From an uncultured delta proteobacterium (GTDB taxonomy: Bacteria; Desulfobacterota; Desulfomonilia; UBA1062), in contig CAWAUM010000001.1 of NCBI GenBank assembly GCA_963785235.1, forward strand, positions 256,001 through 320,000: a stretch of DNA of 64,000 nt, written 5' to 3'. Shown here piece by piece: positions 51,379 to 61,388 of this stretch. Each line of letters opens with the position of its first letter. Position 1 is the first letter of the stretch. Position numbers and translations under genes: made by a program. The notes below the pieces were generated by a model that worked only from the letters and a program-made list of their open reading frames with translations, was not told the DNA's origin and did not search any database.

Positions 51379-52407
51379 TTAATGAGCACCTTTTGCCGAG
51401 AACCTCTTCAGGGTGAAACCCATGATGAAGGCAAGGAGCAGGACAAAGGTACCTCCCACGATGCCTGACACCGAAGTGCCGAGCCGGGCGGATTGACTCT
51501 CCTCCTGAGCCTCTGCGGCTGCAGCGGTGCCCTTGAACGAGTAGTCCGGCAGGAAGGCGGTCTTTTCCTGGATGGATGCGAGTTCGGAGTGTATGGCATC
51601 TTTCCCCTCAAGCTCCGCCTTTCCCGAGACCTTTTCCATGGACCACTCGAGTCCATCCGGGTATTCGGATGCATACCAGGAGACGAGGCCGCCGGTGATG
51701 AGCGCTGCTACAAGCAGGATGGCAAAGGTCGATTTTATGGGCATCCTTCCCGCGGGGGCCATCTTTAAGGACCCGCCCAGAATCTGGGGGCTTGCCTGCC
51801 AGACAAAGGAAACAACTGCGGTCGTTACAATGCCCTCCACTATCCCGATGGCCAGGTGGATGGGCTGCATGAACATCACAAAGGTGGAGAACGGCAGCTC
51901 TGTAATACCCGAAGCCAGTGTTTCAAGTACCACACCGAATGCTCCGAGCTGGAGGCCTATGATACCGGCGAGAGTCGCTCCAAGGGCAAGCCGACCCTGG
52001 GTAATCTCGTCTTTTACGATCTTCTTATAGATAAGGGGATAGGCGATGAAGGCGGGGAAGAAGCCGAGGTTGAAGATATTGCACCCGAGCGCCAGCAGCC
52101 CGCCGTCGGCAAAGAACAGGGCCTGCACAACAAGGACCGAGGCGATGACCAGGAAGGCTGCATAGGGGCCGAGTAGGATTGCCAGCAGCATGCCTCCACC
52201 CAGGTGACCGGATGAGCCTGTAGCCGGGATGGTGAAATTGATCATCTGAGCGGCAAAGACAAAGGCGCCCAGTACCCCCATGAGGGGAACCTTGCGCTCG
52301 TCAAGGTCTTCCTTCACCTTCTTCGAACAATACGCGATTAAAGCAGCAGAGGCCGCCCACATGGTTCCACCCACTGCAGGGGATATGAGTGCATCAGCCA
52401 TATGCAT
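51379..52407 (-). CDS. ECF-type Ni/Co transporter S component with a fused PDGLE domain (NikMN-like)
   Basis: N-terminal MHMAD metal-binding start; FAAQMINF, SSGHLGGG, QALFFADGGLLALG and ASEYPDGLEW motifs. Confidence 0.9.
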   Translation of the reverse strand: MHMADALISPAVGGTMWAASAALIAYCSKKVKEDLDERKVPLMGVLGAFVFAAQMINFTIPATGSSGHLGGGMLLAILLGPYAAFLVIASVLVVQALFFADGGLLALGCNIFNLGFFPAFIAYPLIYKKIVKDEITQGRLALGATLAGIIGLQLGAFGVVLETLASGITELPFSTFVMFMQPIHLAIGIVEGIVTTAVVSFVWQASPQILGGSLKMAPAGRMPIKSTFAILLVAALITGGLVSWYASEYPDGLEWSMEKVSGKAELEGKDAIHSELASIQEKTAFLPDYSFKGTAAAAEAQEESQSARLGTSVSGIVGGTFVLLLAFIMGFTLKRFSAKGAH

Positions 52408-52483
52408 AGGATTCTCGCTCCTTTCCGTAAGGTATTTCAATGCTCAACTGAAGAGCATCAAGGCTGACGAGTCATACGGTGAA

Positions 52484-52510
52484 GTAGCACAAAAAAAATA
52501 TTAGTGCCAC
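52484..52510. promoter_or_regulatory. Putative NikR operator
   Basis: GTAGCAC-N13(AT-rich)-GTGCCAC pseudo-palindrome about 75 bp upstream of nikM; resembles deltaproteobacterial NikR half-sites. Confidence 0.6.
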
Positions 52511-52583
52511 AAAAAAATGAAGAATTTGACCGGAGTGACACGATAATAGGGTGATCAGGGAGTGATGCCTGGATGAGGAGGAT

Positions 52584-53000
52584 CTATTCGATGTCTTTGC
52601 CCGTGCTGGTCATGCTGAGCGCCCCGTGGCGTACACCCTTGACAGAGCGGAGCTCATCGGCAAGTTTCTGGACCTCTCCGGCCTTGCCTTTCACTGCCAC
52701 GATTTCCAGGCAGTTGTGGTGGTCCAGGTGGATATGCTGGGTGGAGATGATGGTGTCCTGATGGTCGTGCTGCAGGTCGGTAAGCTGGCTCGAAAGGCCC
52801 CGCTTGTGATGATCGAAGATGAAGGTGATGGTGCCGGCCACCTCCTGGTCTTCCTCCCACTCGTTTTTGACCAGCTCCTGGCGGATCAGGTCCCTTAGTG
52901 CCTCGGACCGGGTTGCATAGCCTTTTTTCCTGATGAGACGGTCGAACTTATCAAGCAGACTGTCTTCGAGTGATACGCCGAATCTCACGAGTTCTGACAT
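52584..53000 (-). CDS. nikR: Nickel-responsive regulator NikR
   Basis: RFGVSL...GYATRSEALRDLIR RHH domain; Ni-binding HIHLDHHNCLE. Confidence 0.95.
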   Translation of the reverse strand: MSELVRFGVSLEDSLLDKFDRLIRKKGYATRSEALRDLIRQELVKNEWEEDQEVAGTITFIFDHHKRGLSSQLTDLQHDHQDTIISTQHIHLDHHNCLEIVAVKGKAGEVQKLADELRSVKGVRHGALSMTSTGKDIE

Positions 53001-53153
53001 AACCCACCCACGGTTTATTCTCAGTGCATGGTGCCATAGTGACCCACAGGGAGTCAAACGCTATTCAATTTCGACTTATACTTATGAAAACAGGTATCAT
53101 AATCCGATAGAGAGGAAGAAGCAGACACTGGCACGAAAGGATCTATAAGGGTA

Positions 53154-54623
53154 ATGCCTCCGGAGAACAGTGAAGATAGAACACTGAAGATAAAAAGAGG
53201 GCTCTCGTTGAGGACCAAGGGGCTGCTCTTAGTGGCTTTACTCAATATAATCTCGACGAGTATCTTCTCGGGATATTATTACCATGCCCAGAAATACTCA
53301 ATCATGAAGGATATCGATGACAGGCTCCTCGCAAGTGCCCATGCAATCAGGTATATCCTCCCTGAAGGATATCATGGCAGGATAATCTCCAAGACCTCTA
53401 TCTCCCCTGATGAATATGCAAGCAACATCAACAAGCTTTCGCAATTTTCAAAATATGCCGGAGTTACCTATCTCTATACCATGATGGAGTCAGGGAATAA
53501 AATTGTGTTCACCTCCACGAGCGCCACAAATGAGGAGCTCAAGAAGGGGGCATTTGATCATTTTTTCACTGTTTACGAAGATTCCACCCCGAAGCTGAAA
53601 CAGGCATTGCGAGACCACAAGGTATTCTTTGAAGAATCCCATGATAAATATGGAGACTTCCGATCAGTCTTCGTACCGGTGAGAATGCCTTCTGAAGAGG
53701 TCTATGTAATGGCGGCTGACCTCGACATCCGCTCTATCAGGGTTTTGCTCAACCAGGGTTTGCTTCGTTCACTCATGATAGGTGGATTACTGTTCATACT
53801 ATCCATGGTCGTCTCGGTCGTTTTTTTCAGGCGTTTCACAGGCTTCTTCATAACAAGGGATATATTATCAGGGGTGACGACTTCATCGGGTAAAATCATA
53901 AAGGCGTCCCAGGACATTGTCAGTAACAGCGCCGAACTGGCCTCATACGCCCAGGATCAAAACGAAGTGGTAAGTGAGACATCAAAGACCCTGGAAGACC
54001 TAGCCTTGGTTGTCGGACGCAGCACTGAAGGTTCTGAATCTGTTGAAACAGAACTCAAATCCTTCAATGATACGATTTGCGCCCGGATTGGTCTTATCAA
54101 TGAGATGAACGATTCAATGAGGGAGATCGCTGTATCGAGCGTGAGAATCGAAAAAATTATTGACGTTATGAATGAAATTGCATTCCAGACAAACTTGCTT
54201 GCACTGAATGCCTCAGTGGAGGCTGACAGGGCGGGTGATGCAGGCAAAGGCTTTTCAGTGGTGGCCGAAGAGTTGCGAAATTTTGCCCGCATGACAGCCG
54301 AATCATCACAGGACATAGAACAGCTTGTCCATAAAAATATCGATGCGACCAGAAAGGGTCTGGATCTTGTCACGGAAACATCCGATTTCTTTCAGGTCAT
54401 CAGTGAACATATCACTGTTATCGTGGCTAAGATCTCCGACATAACCCAGATCAGCCTTGAACAGAGTGCCGGCATGGAATATATCAACGCGGCCATAGCA
54501 AGGACAAAGGATATCCTGGAACACAATACCGACCTTGCAGGGATGCTTTCAGAAAGTTCCAGGGAGCTTCAGTCTAGTGTGGTTTCTCTGGAGGAGAGCT
54601 TAGTGTCTCTCAAGGACAAATGA
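53154..54623 (+). CDS. Methyl-accepting chemotaxis protein (TM-Cache-like-TM-MA, no clear HAMP)
   Basis: Two TM helices; YLYTM...DKYGDFRSVFVP Cache-like domain; IAFQTNLLALNASVEADRAGDAGKGFSVVA tip. Confidence 0.88.
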   Translation: MPPENSEDRTLKIKRGLSLRTKGLLLVALLNIISTSIFSGYYYHAQKYSIMKDIDDRLLASAHAIRYILPEGYHGRIISKTSISPDEYASNINKLSQFSKYAGVTYLYTMMESGNKIVFTSTSATNEELKKGAFDHFFTVYEDSTPKLKQALRDHKVFFEESHDKYGDFRSVFVPVRMPSEEVYVMAADLDIRSIRVLLNQGLLRSLMIGGLLFILSMVVSVVFFRRFTGFFITRDILSGVTTSSGKIIKASQDIVSNSAELASYAQDQNEVVSETSKTLEDLALVVGRSTEGSESVETELKSFNDTICARIGLINEMNDSMREIAVSSVRIEKIIDVMNEIAFQTNLLALNASVEADRAGDAGKGFSVVAEELRNFARMTAESSQDIEQLVHKNIDATRKGLDLVTETSDFFQVISEHITVIVAKISDITQISLEQSAGMEYINAAIARTKDILEHNTDLAGMLSESSRELQSSVVSLEESLVSLKDK

Positions 54624-54654
54624 AATCCTACCCCTGCCATGCGATAATCCGGGT

Positions 54655-54903
54655 TTATTTGGTCTCTTCCCCTTTGGAGATTGTTTTCAATCTGAGAAGA
54701 TTAATTTCAGTCATGGGCTGATACTTCTTTATGAGCTCGCCAATGGCCTCATTTACCAAGAGAGACAGCTCTTTGCCTGTCAGTGCGGAGAGTACGGTCA
54801 AGGCCCTTGCATGACCCTCCTCGATGTAGTAATTCCTTTTAACCAGTGCGCCGGTCGGGTTATTCTTTCTAATTTCAAGTGGTTTTCTTCCTCTTTGCCC
54901 CAT
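54655..54903 (-). CDS. Small ribbon-helix-helix-like DNA-binding protein
   Basis: KRNYYIEE..ARAL..LSALTGKELSLLVNEAI.ELIKKY beta-alpha-alpha pattern; GAGG RBS. Confidence 0.55.
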   Translation of the reverse strand: MGQRGRKPLEIRKNNPTGALVKRNYYIEEGHARALTVLSALTGKELSLLVNEAIGELIKKYQPMTEINLLRLKTISKGEETK

Positions 54904-55014
54904 GCAATCCTCGCTGAAAATTTATTTGTAATGCTAATAAATACTGACTCTTGATACCTAAACCACATCATAACAAACAGGTACTCTTGTAAATAGAACA
55001 ATTTCAAAACTAAG

Positions 55015-55086
55015 AGGCGGCAACCGGATTTGAACCGGTGAATAACGGTTTTGCAGACCGTCGCCTTACCACTTGGCTATGCCGCC
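55015..55086 (-). tRNA. tRNA-Cys (GCA), CCA not encoded
   Basis: GGCGGCA...ACGGT-CT-GCA-AA-ACCGT...GGTTCAAATCC...TGCCGCC-T cloverleaf. Confidence 0.95.
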
Positions 55087-55133
55087 TTAGTCCCGAAGAA
55101 CCTACTTGGTATACCGGGGTGACCCATGAAAAG

Positions 55134-56117
55134 TCAAGACTCAGTATGTGTCCCGGACTTACTCATGAGTGTTTCTTTTCTCCTGTTGAGGACATATTCC
55201 TTGAAGTCCAGCTTCTTTCTGATGACCTTTCTCATGTCGGAGCGCTTGAGCCATCTGCTGTATTGCCAGAACCAAAACTCCGGGTGTTCCCCGGCAACAG
55301 AAGCCACCCAGGACTGCATGAAGTCACTCAGTTTCTGTATGGCCTCATCCCCATCACCGAACTGTGCTGCATCTACAGCCTTGGCAAAGTACCAGTGATA
55401 GGCGCCTTTTTGCTTAATGGCATAGGCCGGCATTATCAGGGCATTCCCTTTGAGTGCTATGGAGGCTGGTGCGGATTTGGAAGGCGCAGGCAGGCCGAAG
55501 ATATCGCAGAACAGGTCATCTTTCTGGTCGCCACGCATGTCAATGACCATGCCGATGGTCTTGCCCTTTCTCAGTTCATTAATAAGCAGGTGAAACGTGC
55601 CCGTGGGCGGCAGGATGGTGGCCCCACAGCGGACCCGGATATCGTTCACTATTACCTCGAGCTTCGGATCTTTGCGGATATCAGCCATGATGCAAAACTG
55701 GGTGCCCATAACCTTATTCATATGGCCCATGACTTCCCAGTTGCTGATATGGCCCGTTATCATCATGACGCCGCGGCCCGAGGCCTGGGCCTCATCCATG
55801 TGCTCCTTGCCCTCCACCACAATCCTGCTTCTGATCTCTTCATCACTCATGAATGCATATCGGATCGTGTCAACCATCATCTCGGTCCAGTTCATGAACA
55901 TCTTCAGCACAAGCCGCCACGGGTTTTCAATGCCAAGGGCGGAGCGTATCTGGATCGTGGCGACCTTCCTGTGGAATGGGTCTACGAGCCAGACGATTAT
56001 GCCGATAAATCGAAAAAGATGTATGACGAGGTTATAGGGCAGGCACCGGATGAGCCTGATCATTGCGCGTATAGCCAGATACGGTATTTCCTTAAGAAGA
56101 GGGAGTAAGGATTTCAT
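55134..56117 (-). CDS. Lipid A secondary acyltransferase (LpxL/HtrB family), paralogue 2
   Basis: TGHISNWE and HPEFWFWQYSRW motifs; lies in the lipid A cluster. Confidence 0.85.
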   Translation of the reverse strand: MKSLLPLLKEIPYLAIRAMIRLIRCLPYNLVIHLFRFIGIIVWLVDPFHRKVATIQIRSALGIENPWRLVLKMFMNWTEMMVDTIRYAFMSDEEIRSRIVVEGKEHMDEAQASGRGVMMITGHISNWEVMGHMNKVMGTQFCIMADIRKDPKLEVIVNDIRVRCGATILPPTGTFHLLINELRKGKTIGMVIDMRGDQKDDLFCDIFGLPAPSKSAPASIALKGNALIMPAYAIKQKGAYHWYFAKAVDAAQFGDGDEAIQKLSDFMQSWVASVAGEHPEFWFWQYSRWLKRSDMRKVIRKKLDFKEYVLNRRKETLMSKSGTHTES

Positions 56118-57085
56118 GGTTTCTTCCTTTGTGCCTTAATTTCTTCGGCCTGGGCTTTTGTAAATTCCCGAAGGTCGTTATCGGTCTTGATGGTCTTGGC
56201 GAAGTGTCTGCGTTTCACCCATCTGCTGTGGAGCCAGAACCACTGATCAGGATACCTATCCACTACCTTTTCCACCCAGGTGTGCATGAAGTCGGAGAGA
56301 TCCTGGATTGCATCATGTCCGACCCCGAAATCCGCGCTATCCACGGCCTTGTCGATATGGATATGGTAGGTTCCATGGAGCTTCACGATGTATGCGCCTA
56401 GGACAAGGGAGCCCCCTTTTATGGCAATGAATGCGGGTGCAGGGTTGGTCAGGGCGGGCATGCCGAAGAAGTTGCAGAGGATGCCGTCTCTGCGCCTGCC
56501 GCGCTGGTCTATGATCATGGCGATGGTGCGTCCCTTTTTCAGCTCCTTTATGAGCATGAGGGCCTTGCCCTTGGGGGGAAGGATAGTGGCCCCTGAGCGG
56601 GCTCTAAGGTTGTCGATGATGGATTCAAGCCGTTCATCCTTGCGTATGTCGGCCATAACGCAGAACTCAATGTTCAGAAGCCTCGATATGTGCGAGAGGA
56701 CCTCCCAGTTCCCGATGTGGCCGGTGAACATCATGAGGCCCCTGCCGGTCGATAAGGCCTCGTCGAGGTTCTCTTTCCCCTCCACCACGACTTTTGCCCT
56801 GATCTCGTCATCGCTCATGTATGCATATTTTATGGTGTCAACCAGGATATCCCCCTGGTTCATGAACACCTTCATCACGAGACGCCATGGATTATTCAGG
56901 CCAAGGGCAGTGCTCATCTGGATCTTTACGATCTTGCGGCGAACAGGCATGAAGAGCCACACCAGGAGCATGATTAACCTGCCAAGAGCTATGGCTGCAT
57001 GGTACGGCATGGCCAGAATAATCCTGATCATGGCCTGTGTCCCATAGTATTGGATGGCGCTTGATGTCTTTTCAAGAAAGCTCAT
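56114..57085 (-). CDS. Lipid A secondary acyltransferase (LpxL/HtrB family), paralogue 1
   Basis: TGHIGNWE, IIDQR...FFG and YPDQWFWLHSRW motifs. Confidence 0.88.
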   Translation of the reverse strand: MSFLEKTSSAIQYYGTQAMIRIILAMPYHAAIALGRLIMLLVWLFMPVRRKIVKIQMSTALGLNNPWRLVMKVFMNQGDILVDTIKYAYMSDDEIRAKVVVEGKENLDEALSTGRGLMMFTGHIGNWEVLSHISRLLNIEFCVMADIRKDERLESIIDNLRARSGATILPPKGKALMLIKELKKGRTIAMIIDQRGRRRDGILCNFFGMPALTNPAPAFIAIKGGSLVLGAYIVKLHGTYHIHIDKAVDSADFGVGHDAIQDLSDFMHTWVEKVVDRYPDQWFWLHSRWVKRRHFAKTIKTDNDLREFTKAQAEEIKAQRKKP

Positions 57086-57651
57086 GGCATCATGTCCTTT
57101 AGTATCCGACTTACCGCATCCTTTATGCCGGCTGCCCTATAATCCGCTTTTGCCTCAATAGCCATATCATTTTCCGTGCCCACAAGGATACCCCTGCCGC
57201 CCACCTTGTGTATGGTCTCCATGTCGATGGGCTTGTCCCCTACCAGGTAACAGTTCTTCAGATCAAGTCCGAAGTCCTGGGCAGCCCGGAGCAGCAGCCC
57301 TGGCTGGGGCTTCCGGCATGTGCATGCAAGACGGTACTCTTCAACGACCCCGTCCGGGTGGTGGGGGCAATAGTAGATGGCATCGATCCTCGCCCCATGC
57401 CCGGAAAGAAGGGCCGTCAGCCTCTTGTGGATCGCCTCGAGGGTTTCCTCTGTGAAAAACCCCCTAGCAATGCCGGATTGATTGGTGATGATGATTGCCG
57501 GGATGCCCGACTCATTGAGAGCACGGACAGCCTCTGGAGCCCCCGGCAGTATATGGATGCCGTCAGGGTCGCTCAGGTATCCCGGATCTCTGATGATGGT
57601 GTCATCCCTGTCCAGGAAAACAGCGGTTGTCGGCCTTGCGTTCGATCTCAT
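57082..57651 (-). CDS. gmhB: D-glycero-D-manno-heptose 1,7-bisphosphate phosphatase
   Basis: AVFLDRDDTI, ITNQSGIARG, YYCPHHP, CTCRKPQPG and LVGDK motifs. Confidence 0.9.
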   Translation of the reverse strand: MRSNARPTTAVFLDRDDTIIRDPGYLSDPDGIHILPGAPEAVRALNESGIPAIIITNQSGIARGFFTEETLEAIHKRLTALLSGHGARIDAIYYCPHHPDGVVEEYRLACTCRKPQPGLLLRAAQDFGLDLKNCYLVGDKPIDMETIHKVGGRGILVGTENDMAIEAKADYRAAGIKDAVSRILKDMMP

Positions 57652-58583
57652 CTATAAGCCCTGCCAGTCCAGGCATTTCAATGCCTACACGTACGGCATA
57701 CAGCTTGTCTGACTCTGCTGTAAACCATGCCGTATCGATCTTCACCAGGTCCTTCTCCGTAGTCAGTATCAGGTCAGCGCCTGAAGCTCTGTCCAAAATC
57801 TCTTTTGCATCCGGGGCAGTATAGCAATGATGATCTTGATAGGCAAGCCGCTCAACTACAGCGCCGAGCTGCTCCAGCATGGTAAAGAAGTGATCCGGCC
57901 TGCCGATGGCGCAGAAGGCCAGTATCCGCTTGCCTTCAAGAAGGCGAAGATCCGAGGTATTTCCCTTAGTATCGACCAGTACCAATGGTTTAAGCACGGC
58001 CTTGAGTCCTTCATGGTCAGCCCCTTTCATGGCGATAATGATATCGGCACGGGACAGGCAGGAGCCCTGTTCACGGAGCCGGCCCGCCGGCAGGAGCCTC
58101 TCGCGGGTTATGTCTGTGCCCACCAGGACAATGTCCAGGTCGCGGTGAAGCCTGCGGTGCTGGAATCCGTCGTCTAAGATGATGATCTCGGCGCCGAGAT
58201 GCACATAGGCAAACAGTGCACCCCTGAGGCGGTCAGGGCTCTTGATGACAGGCACTTTCATGAGCCGGGCCATGAGCAGTGCTTCATCACCTACTTCTTC
58301 GTTTCGGTGCTGCGGCGTAACGATCATAGGCCCTTGGAGTCTACCCTTGTACCCGCGCGTCACGATGGCAACCTTGCGGCCCCTGTGAATAGAGCTCATT
58401 TGCCAGGGCCATGGTAAAGGGGGTCTTGCCCGTGCCGCCTGCCTCGATATTACCCACGCTCACTACAAGCAAAGGCGCCCTGTATGACTTCAGGATGCCT
58501 GCGTCGTACAGTGTGTTGCGGGTCTTTACAACGGCGCCATAGATCAGCGCCAGTCCTTTAAGGATTCCCGAACTGAAGGGCAT
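57602..58583 (-). CDS. lpxK: Tetraacyldisaccharide 4'-kinase, apparent +1 frameshift near 58391
   Basis: VVSVGNIEAGGTGKTP in ORF 58341-58604; TRGYKG, GDEALL, LDDGFQHRRL and LTTEKDLVK in ORF 57602-58399. Confidence 0.9.
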
Positions 58584-60294
58584 AAAGCCTCGCATAGTGG
58601 CCATCTTTTTTCAAAAGCTCATGATGGGTTCCCTGCTCCACGATCCGGCCATGGCTGAGCACGATGATCTCATCAGCGCCTACTATGGTGGAGAGGCGGT
58701 GGGCTATCACCAGGGAGGTCCTGCCTTTCATGAGCCTATCCAGAGCCGCCTGGACCTCTCGTTCCGACTCTGTGTCCAGCGCCGAAGTTGCCTCATCCAG
58801 GATGAGGATCGGTGCGTTCTTGATTATCGCCCTTGCTATGCACAGTCTCTGGCGCTGGCCGCCCGAAAGCCTCACCCCGCTCTCACCCACCACGGTGTCA
58901 TACCCATCCTTGAGGCCCAAGATAAACTCATGGGCATTCGCTGCCTTGGCTGCCTCACGGATCTCTTCCATGGACGATCTCTGGGTGCCGTAGGCAATAT
59001 TGGCGCTGATAGTGTCATTGAACAGGATCATCTCCTGGGTTACCATGGCGATGTTCTCGCGCAGCGACTTAAGGGTTACATCCCTGATATCCGTCCCTGA
59101 CACAAGTATGGACCCCTTGCTCACATCAAAGAAGCGGGGCAGCAGGTTTGCGATGGTGGACTTGCCGGAGCCCGATTCCCCCACAAGGGCCAGCTGCTTG
59201 CCCTTGACGGCGGTAAAGCTGATGTCTTCCAATGCATAGCACTGGTCTGAAGAATAACTGAACCATACGTTCCTCAGCTCAAAATCTCCATCCACGCGCG
59301 GCAGGGTAATACCGCCGGGTTTTTCAACGATCTCAGGCGTGGTATCTAAAAGCTCGAAGATCCTCTTTGAGGCTGCGATGCCTTCCTGGATTTCGATGTT
59401 CACTTTGTTGAGCTTGCGGATCGGCGCATAGAGCATGGACAAGCCGGTGAGGAAGGACATGAAGTCACCCGGCGTCAAGGACCCGCTGATAACCTTCATA
59501 CCCCCATACCAGAGAAGGAAGGCCATGCTGATGCCGCCGATGAGCTCCAGGAGGGGCCCGGAGAGAGCTCGGACGGAGACCCTCTTCATCCAGTTCTTGT
59601 AATAAATTCGGTTCTCCTCGGAGAAGCGCGCAGTTTCATACTCCTCCATATTATATGCCTTTACGATCCTGATGCCGCTGATGGCCTCGTCCAGAATGCT
59701 CATGACATTGCCCATGACCTTCATGCTCTTGGTGGAGTAGCGCTTCAGCCTCTGGCCGAACTTGCTGATGGGATAGATGACCAAAGGGAATACGAACATG
59801 GCGATGATGGCAAGCCTCCAGTCACGCCAGAATACCACGGTGATAAGGCCCATGAGTGTCAGAGACTGACGGATAAACTCGGTGACCGACTCAGTGACCG
59901 AGAGCTGCACCATATTCACGTCATTGGTGATCCTGCTGATAAGGGTGCCTGTGGTGGTCCTGATGAAATAGGGCATGGAAAGGGTCTGTATGTGGTTGTA
60001 GAGCCTGTCCCTGATGTCCCTTATAACGCTCTGGCCCACATCGTTCATGTTATAGTAGCTGAAGTAGTCGCATATGCTCTTAATGAGGTAGATGATAATC
60101 ACGGCCATAGCCATAAGGCTGAGCCAGAACTGGTCCTTGGCGATAAAGACCTTGTCCATGACATATTTCACCAACAGCGCTATGGCAGGCATGGCCCCTG
60201 CGACAATAGTCGTGAGGATAAGCGAGATCATGAGCTTCACCCGGTAGGGCTTGATGAAAGAAAGCAGTCTGCGGTAAATGCCCAGGTTGGTCAT
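58558..60294 (-). CDS. msbA: Lipid A flippase MsbA
   Basis: TM domain (TGTLISRITND) plus ABC domain (GESGSGKST, LSGGQRQRL, LDEATSALD); lies between lpxB and lpxK. Confidence 0.9.
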   Translation of the reverse strand: MTNLGIYRRLLSFIKPYRVKLMISLILTTIVAGAMPAIALLVKYVMDKVFIAKDQFWLSLMAMAVIIIYLIKSICDYFSYYNMNDVGQSVIRDIRDRLYNHIQTLSMPYFIRTTTGTLISRITNDVNMVQLSVTESVTEFIRQSLTLMGLITVVFWRDWRLAIIAMFVFPLVIYPISKFGQRLKRYSTKSMKVMGNVMSILDEAISGIRIVKAYNMEEYETARFSEENRIYYKNWMKRVSVRALSGPLLELIGGISMAFLLWYGGMKVISGSLTPGDFMSFLTGLSMLYAPIRKLNKVNIEIQEGIAASKRIFELLDTTPEIVEKPGGITLPRVDGDFELRNVWFSYSSDQCYALEDISFTAVKGKQLALVGESGSGKSTIANLLPRFFDVSKGSILVSGTDIRDVTLKSLRENIAMVTQEMILFNDTISANIAYGTQRSSMEEIREAAKAANAHEFILGLKDGYDTVVGESGVRLSGGQRQRLCIARAIIKNAPILILDEATSALDTESEREVQAALDRLMKGRTSLVIAHRLSTIVGADEIIVLSHGRIVEQGTHHELLKKDGHYARLYALQFGNP

Positions 60295-61388
60295 GGAGCC
60301 TCCAGCAGCTCCTGTGCCCAGGCAGCCACGTGTATGGAAGCCTTCTTGTCGCCGAGTAATTGCCTCATGTCATGATATGAGCGCCCCGTGGCTTCAAAGA
60401 ATCCCTCATCATCCAGATACCTACACAAGGTACGTGCGAGGTCCTGCGCGGTAAGGTGTCCCTGGATGAGCTCCGGAACGATTACTTTGCCTGCAATGAT
60501 ATTGGGCATGCCGATATGATCGATCTTCACAAAGGTCCGTGCAAGGAAATAATTTACCAACGACGTCCTGTAGCAGATGACCTCGGGGACGCCCCGGAAG
60601 GCCATTTCCAACGATGATGTACCGGACTTTACCATGGCCAGATCCACATCCGGTAACGTTTCTTCAAGGCTGACGTCTTTGTCCACCATGTCTGTGATGG
60701 CATGTATATCGAGCCCTTTTGCCACCGGCAGGTGCCAGCTTAAGTCCGGGTGCTTTTCTGAGATAATGCGTTTCGCATCCATCATAATGGGTAGGATCTT
60801 GGTTATTTCATGATACCTGCTGCCCGGCATGATACCGATGCGTTTGGGTGGCCAGGAGGCCTTCCAGGAAGAACCCGCGGCTTCGGCCTCTACAAACGGA
60901 TGGCCTACATATCGTGTATTCACTCCCGATGATGTAAAAAAATTCTCCTCAAAGGGAAAGATCACGGCCAGGCCGTCTGTGACCCTGGCGAGTGTCTTGG
61001 CCCGGCCACGTCTCCATGCCCATGCCTGTGGTGCAATATAGTACAGGACGTTTAAGTTTTTTGCCTTGGCATACCGGGCAAGTCGCATATTGAAATCAGG
61101 CAGATCAACAGGGATGAAGAGGCCTGGCCTTCTCTCATCCATGAGCTGCTTGATCCCTCTATAGACCTTGATGATCTGAAAAATCTTAGGGATGACATCC
61201 GTGAATCCCATGACCGAGAGCTCGTCCATGCCGAAGATGCATTCCATACCGGCTTTGGCCATCTCGGGGCCGCCCATGCCGAATATTTCGGCATACGGCA
61301 TGAGCTTCCTGATGGCCCTGATTACGTGTGAGGCATGGCTGTCTGCGCTTGCCTCTCCTGCAACCATGAGGATCTTCTGCGTGGTCAT
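60291..61388 (-). CDS. lpxB: Lipid A disaccharide synthase
   Basis: VAGEASAD, VDLPDFN, APQAWAWR, FPFE, YVGHP, MPGSR and SGTSSLE motifs. Confidence 0.94.
   Translation of the reverse strand: MTTQKILMVAGEASADSHASHVIRAIRKLMPYAEIFGMGGPEMAKAGMECIFGMDELSVMGFTDVIPKIFQIIKVYRGIKQLMDERRPGLFIPVDLPDFNMRLARYAKAKNLNVLYYIAPQAWAWRRGRAKTLARVTDGLAVIFPFEENFFTSSGVNTRYVGHPFVEAEAAGSSWKASWPPKRIGIMPGSRYHEITKILPIMMDAKRIISEKHPDLSWHLPVAKGLDIHAITDMVDKDVSLEETLPDVDLAMVKSGTSSLEMAFRGVPEVICYRTSLVNYFLARTFVKIDHIGMPNIIAGKVIVPELIQGHLTAQDLARTLCRYLDDEGFFEATGRSYHDMRQLLGDKKASIHVAAWAQELLEAP

Noticed and set aside
55038-56108. Long antisense ORFs, e.g. 55038-56108, 6709-7647, 9635-10711 and 35887-36960
   Set aside because: Shadow frames opposite well-supported genes, as expected in GC-rich coding DNA.
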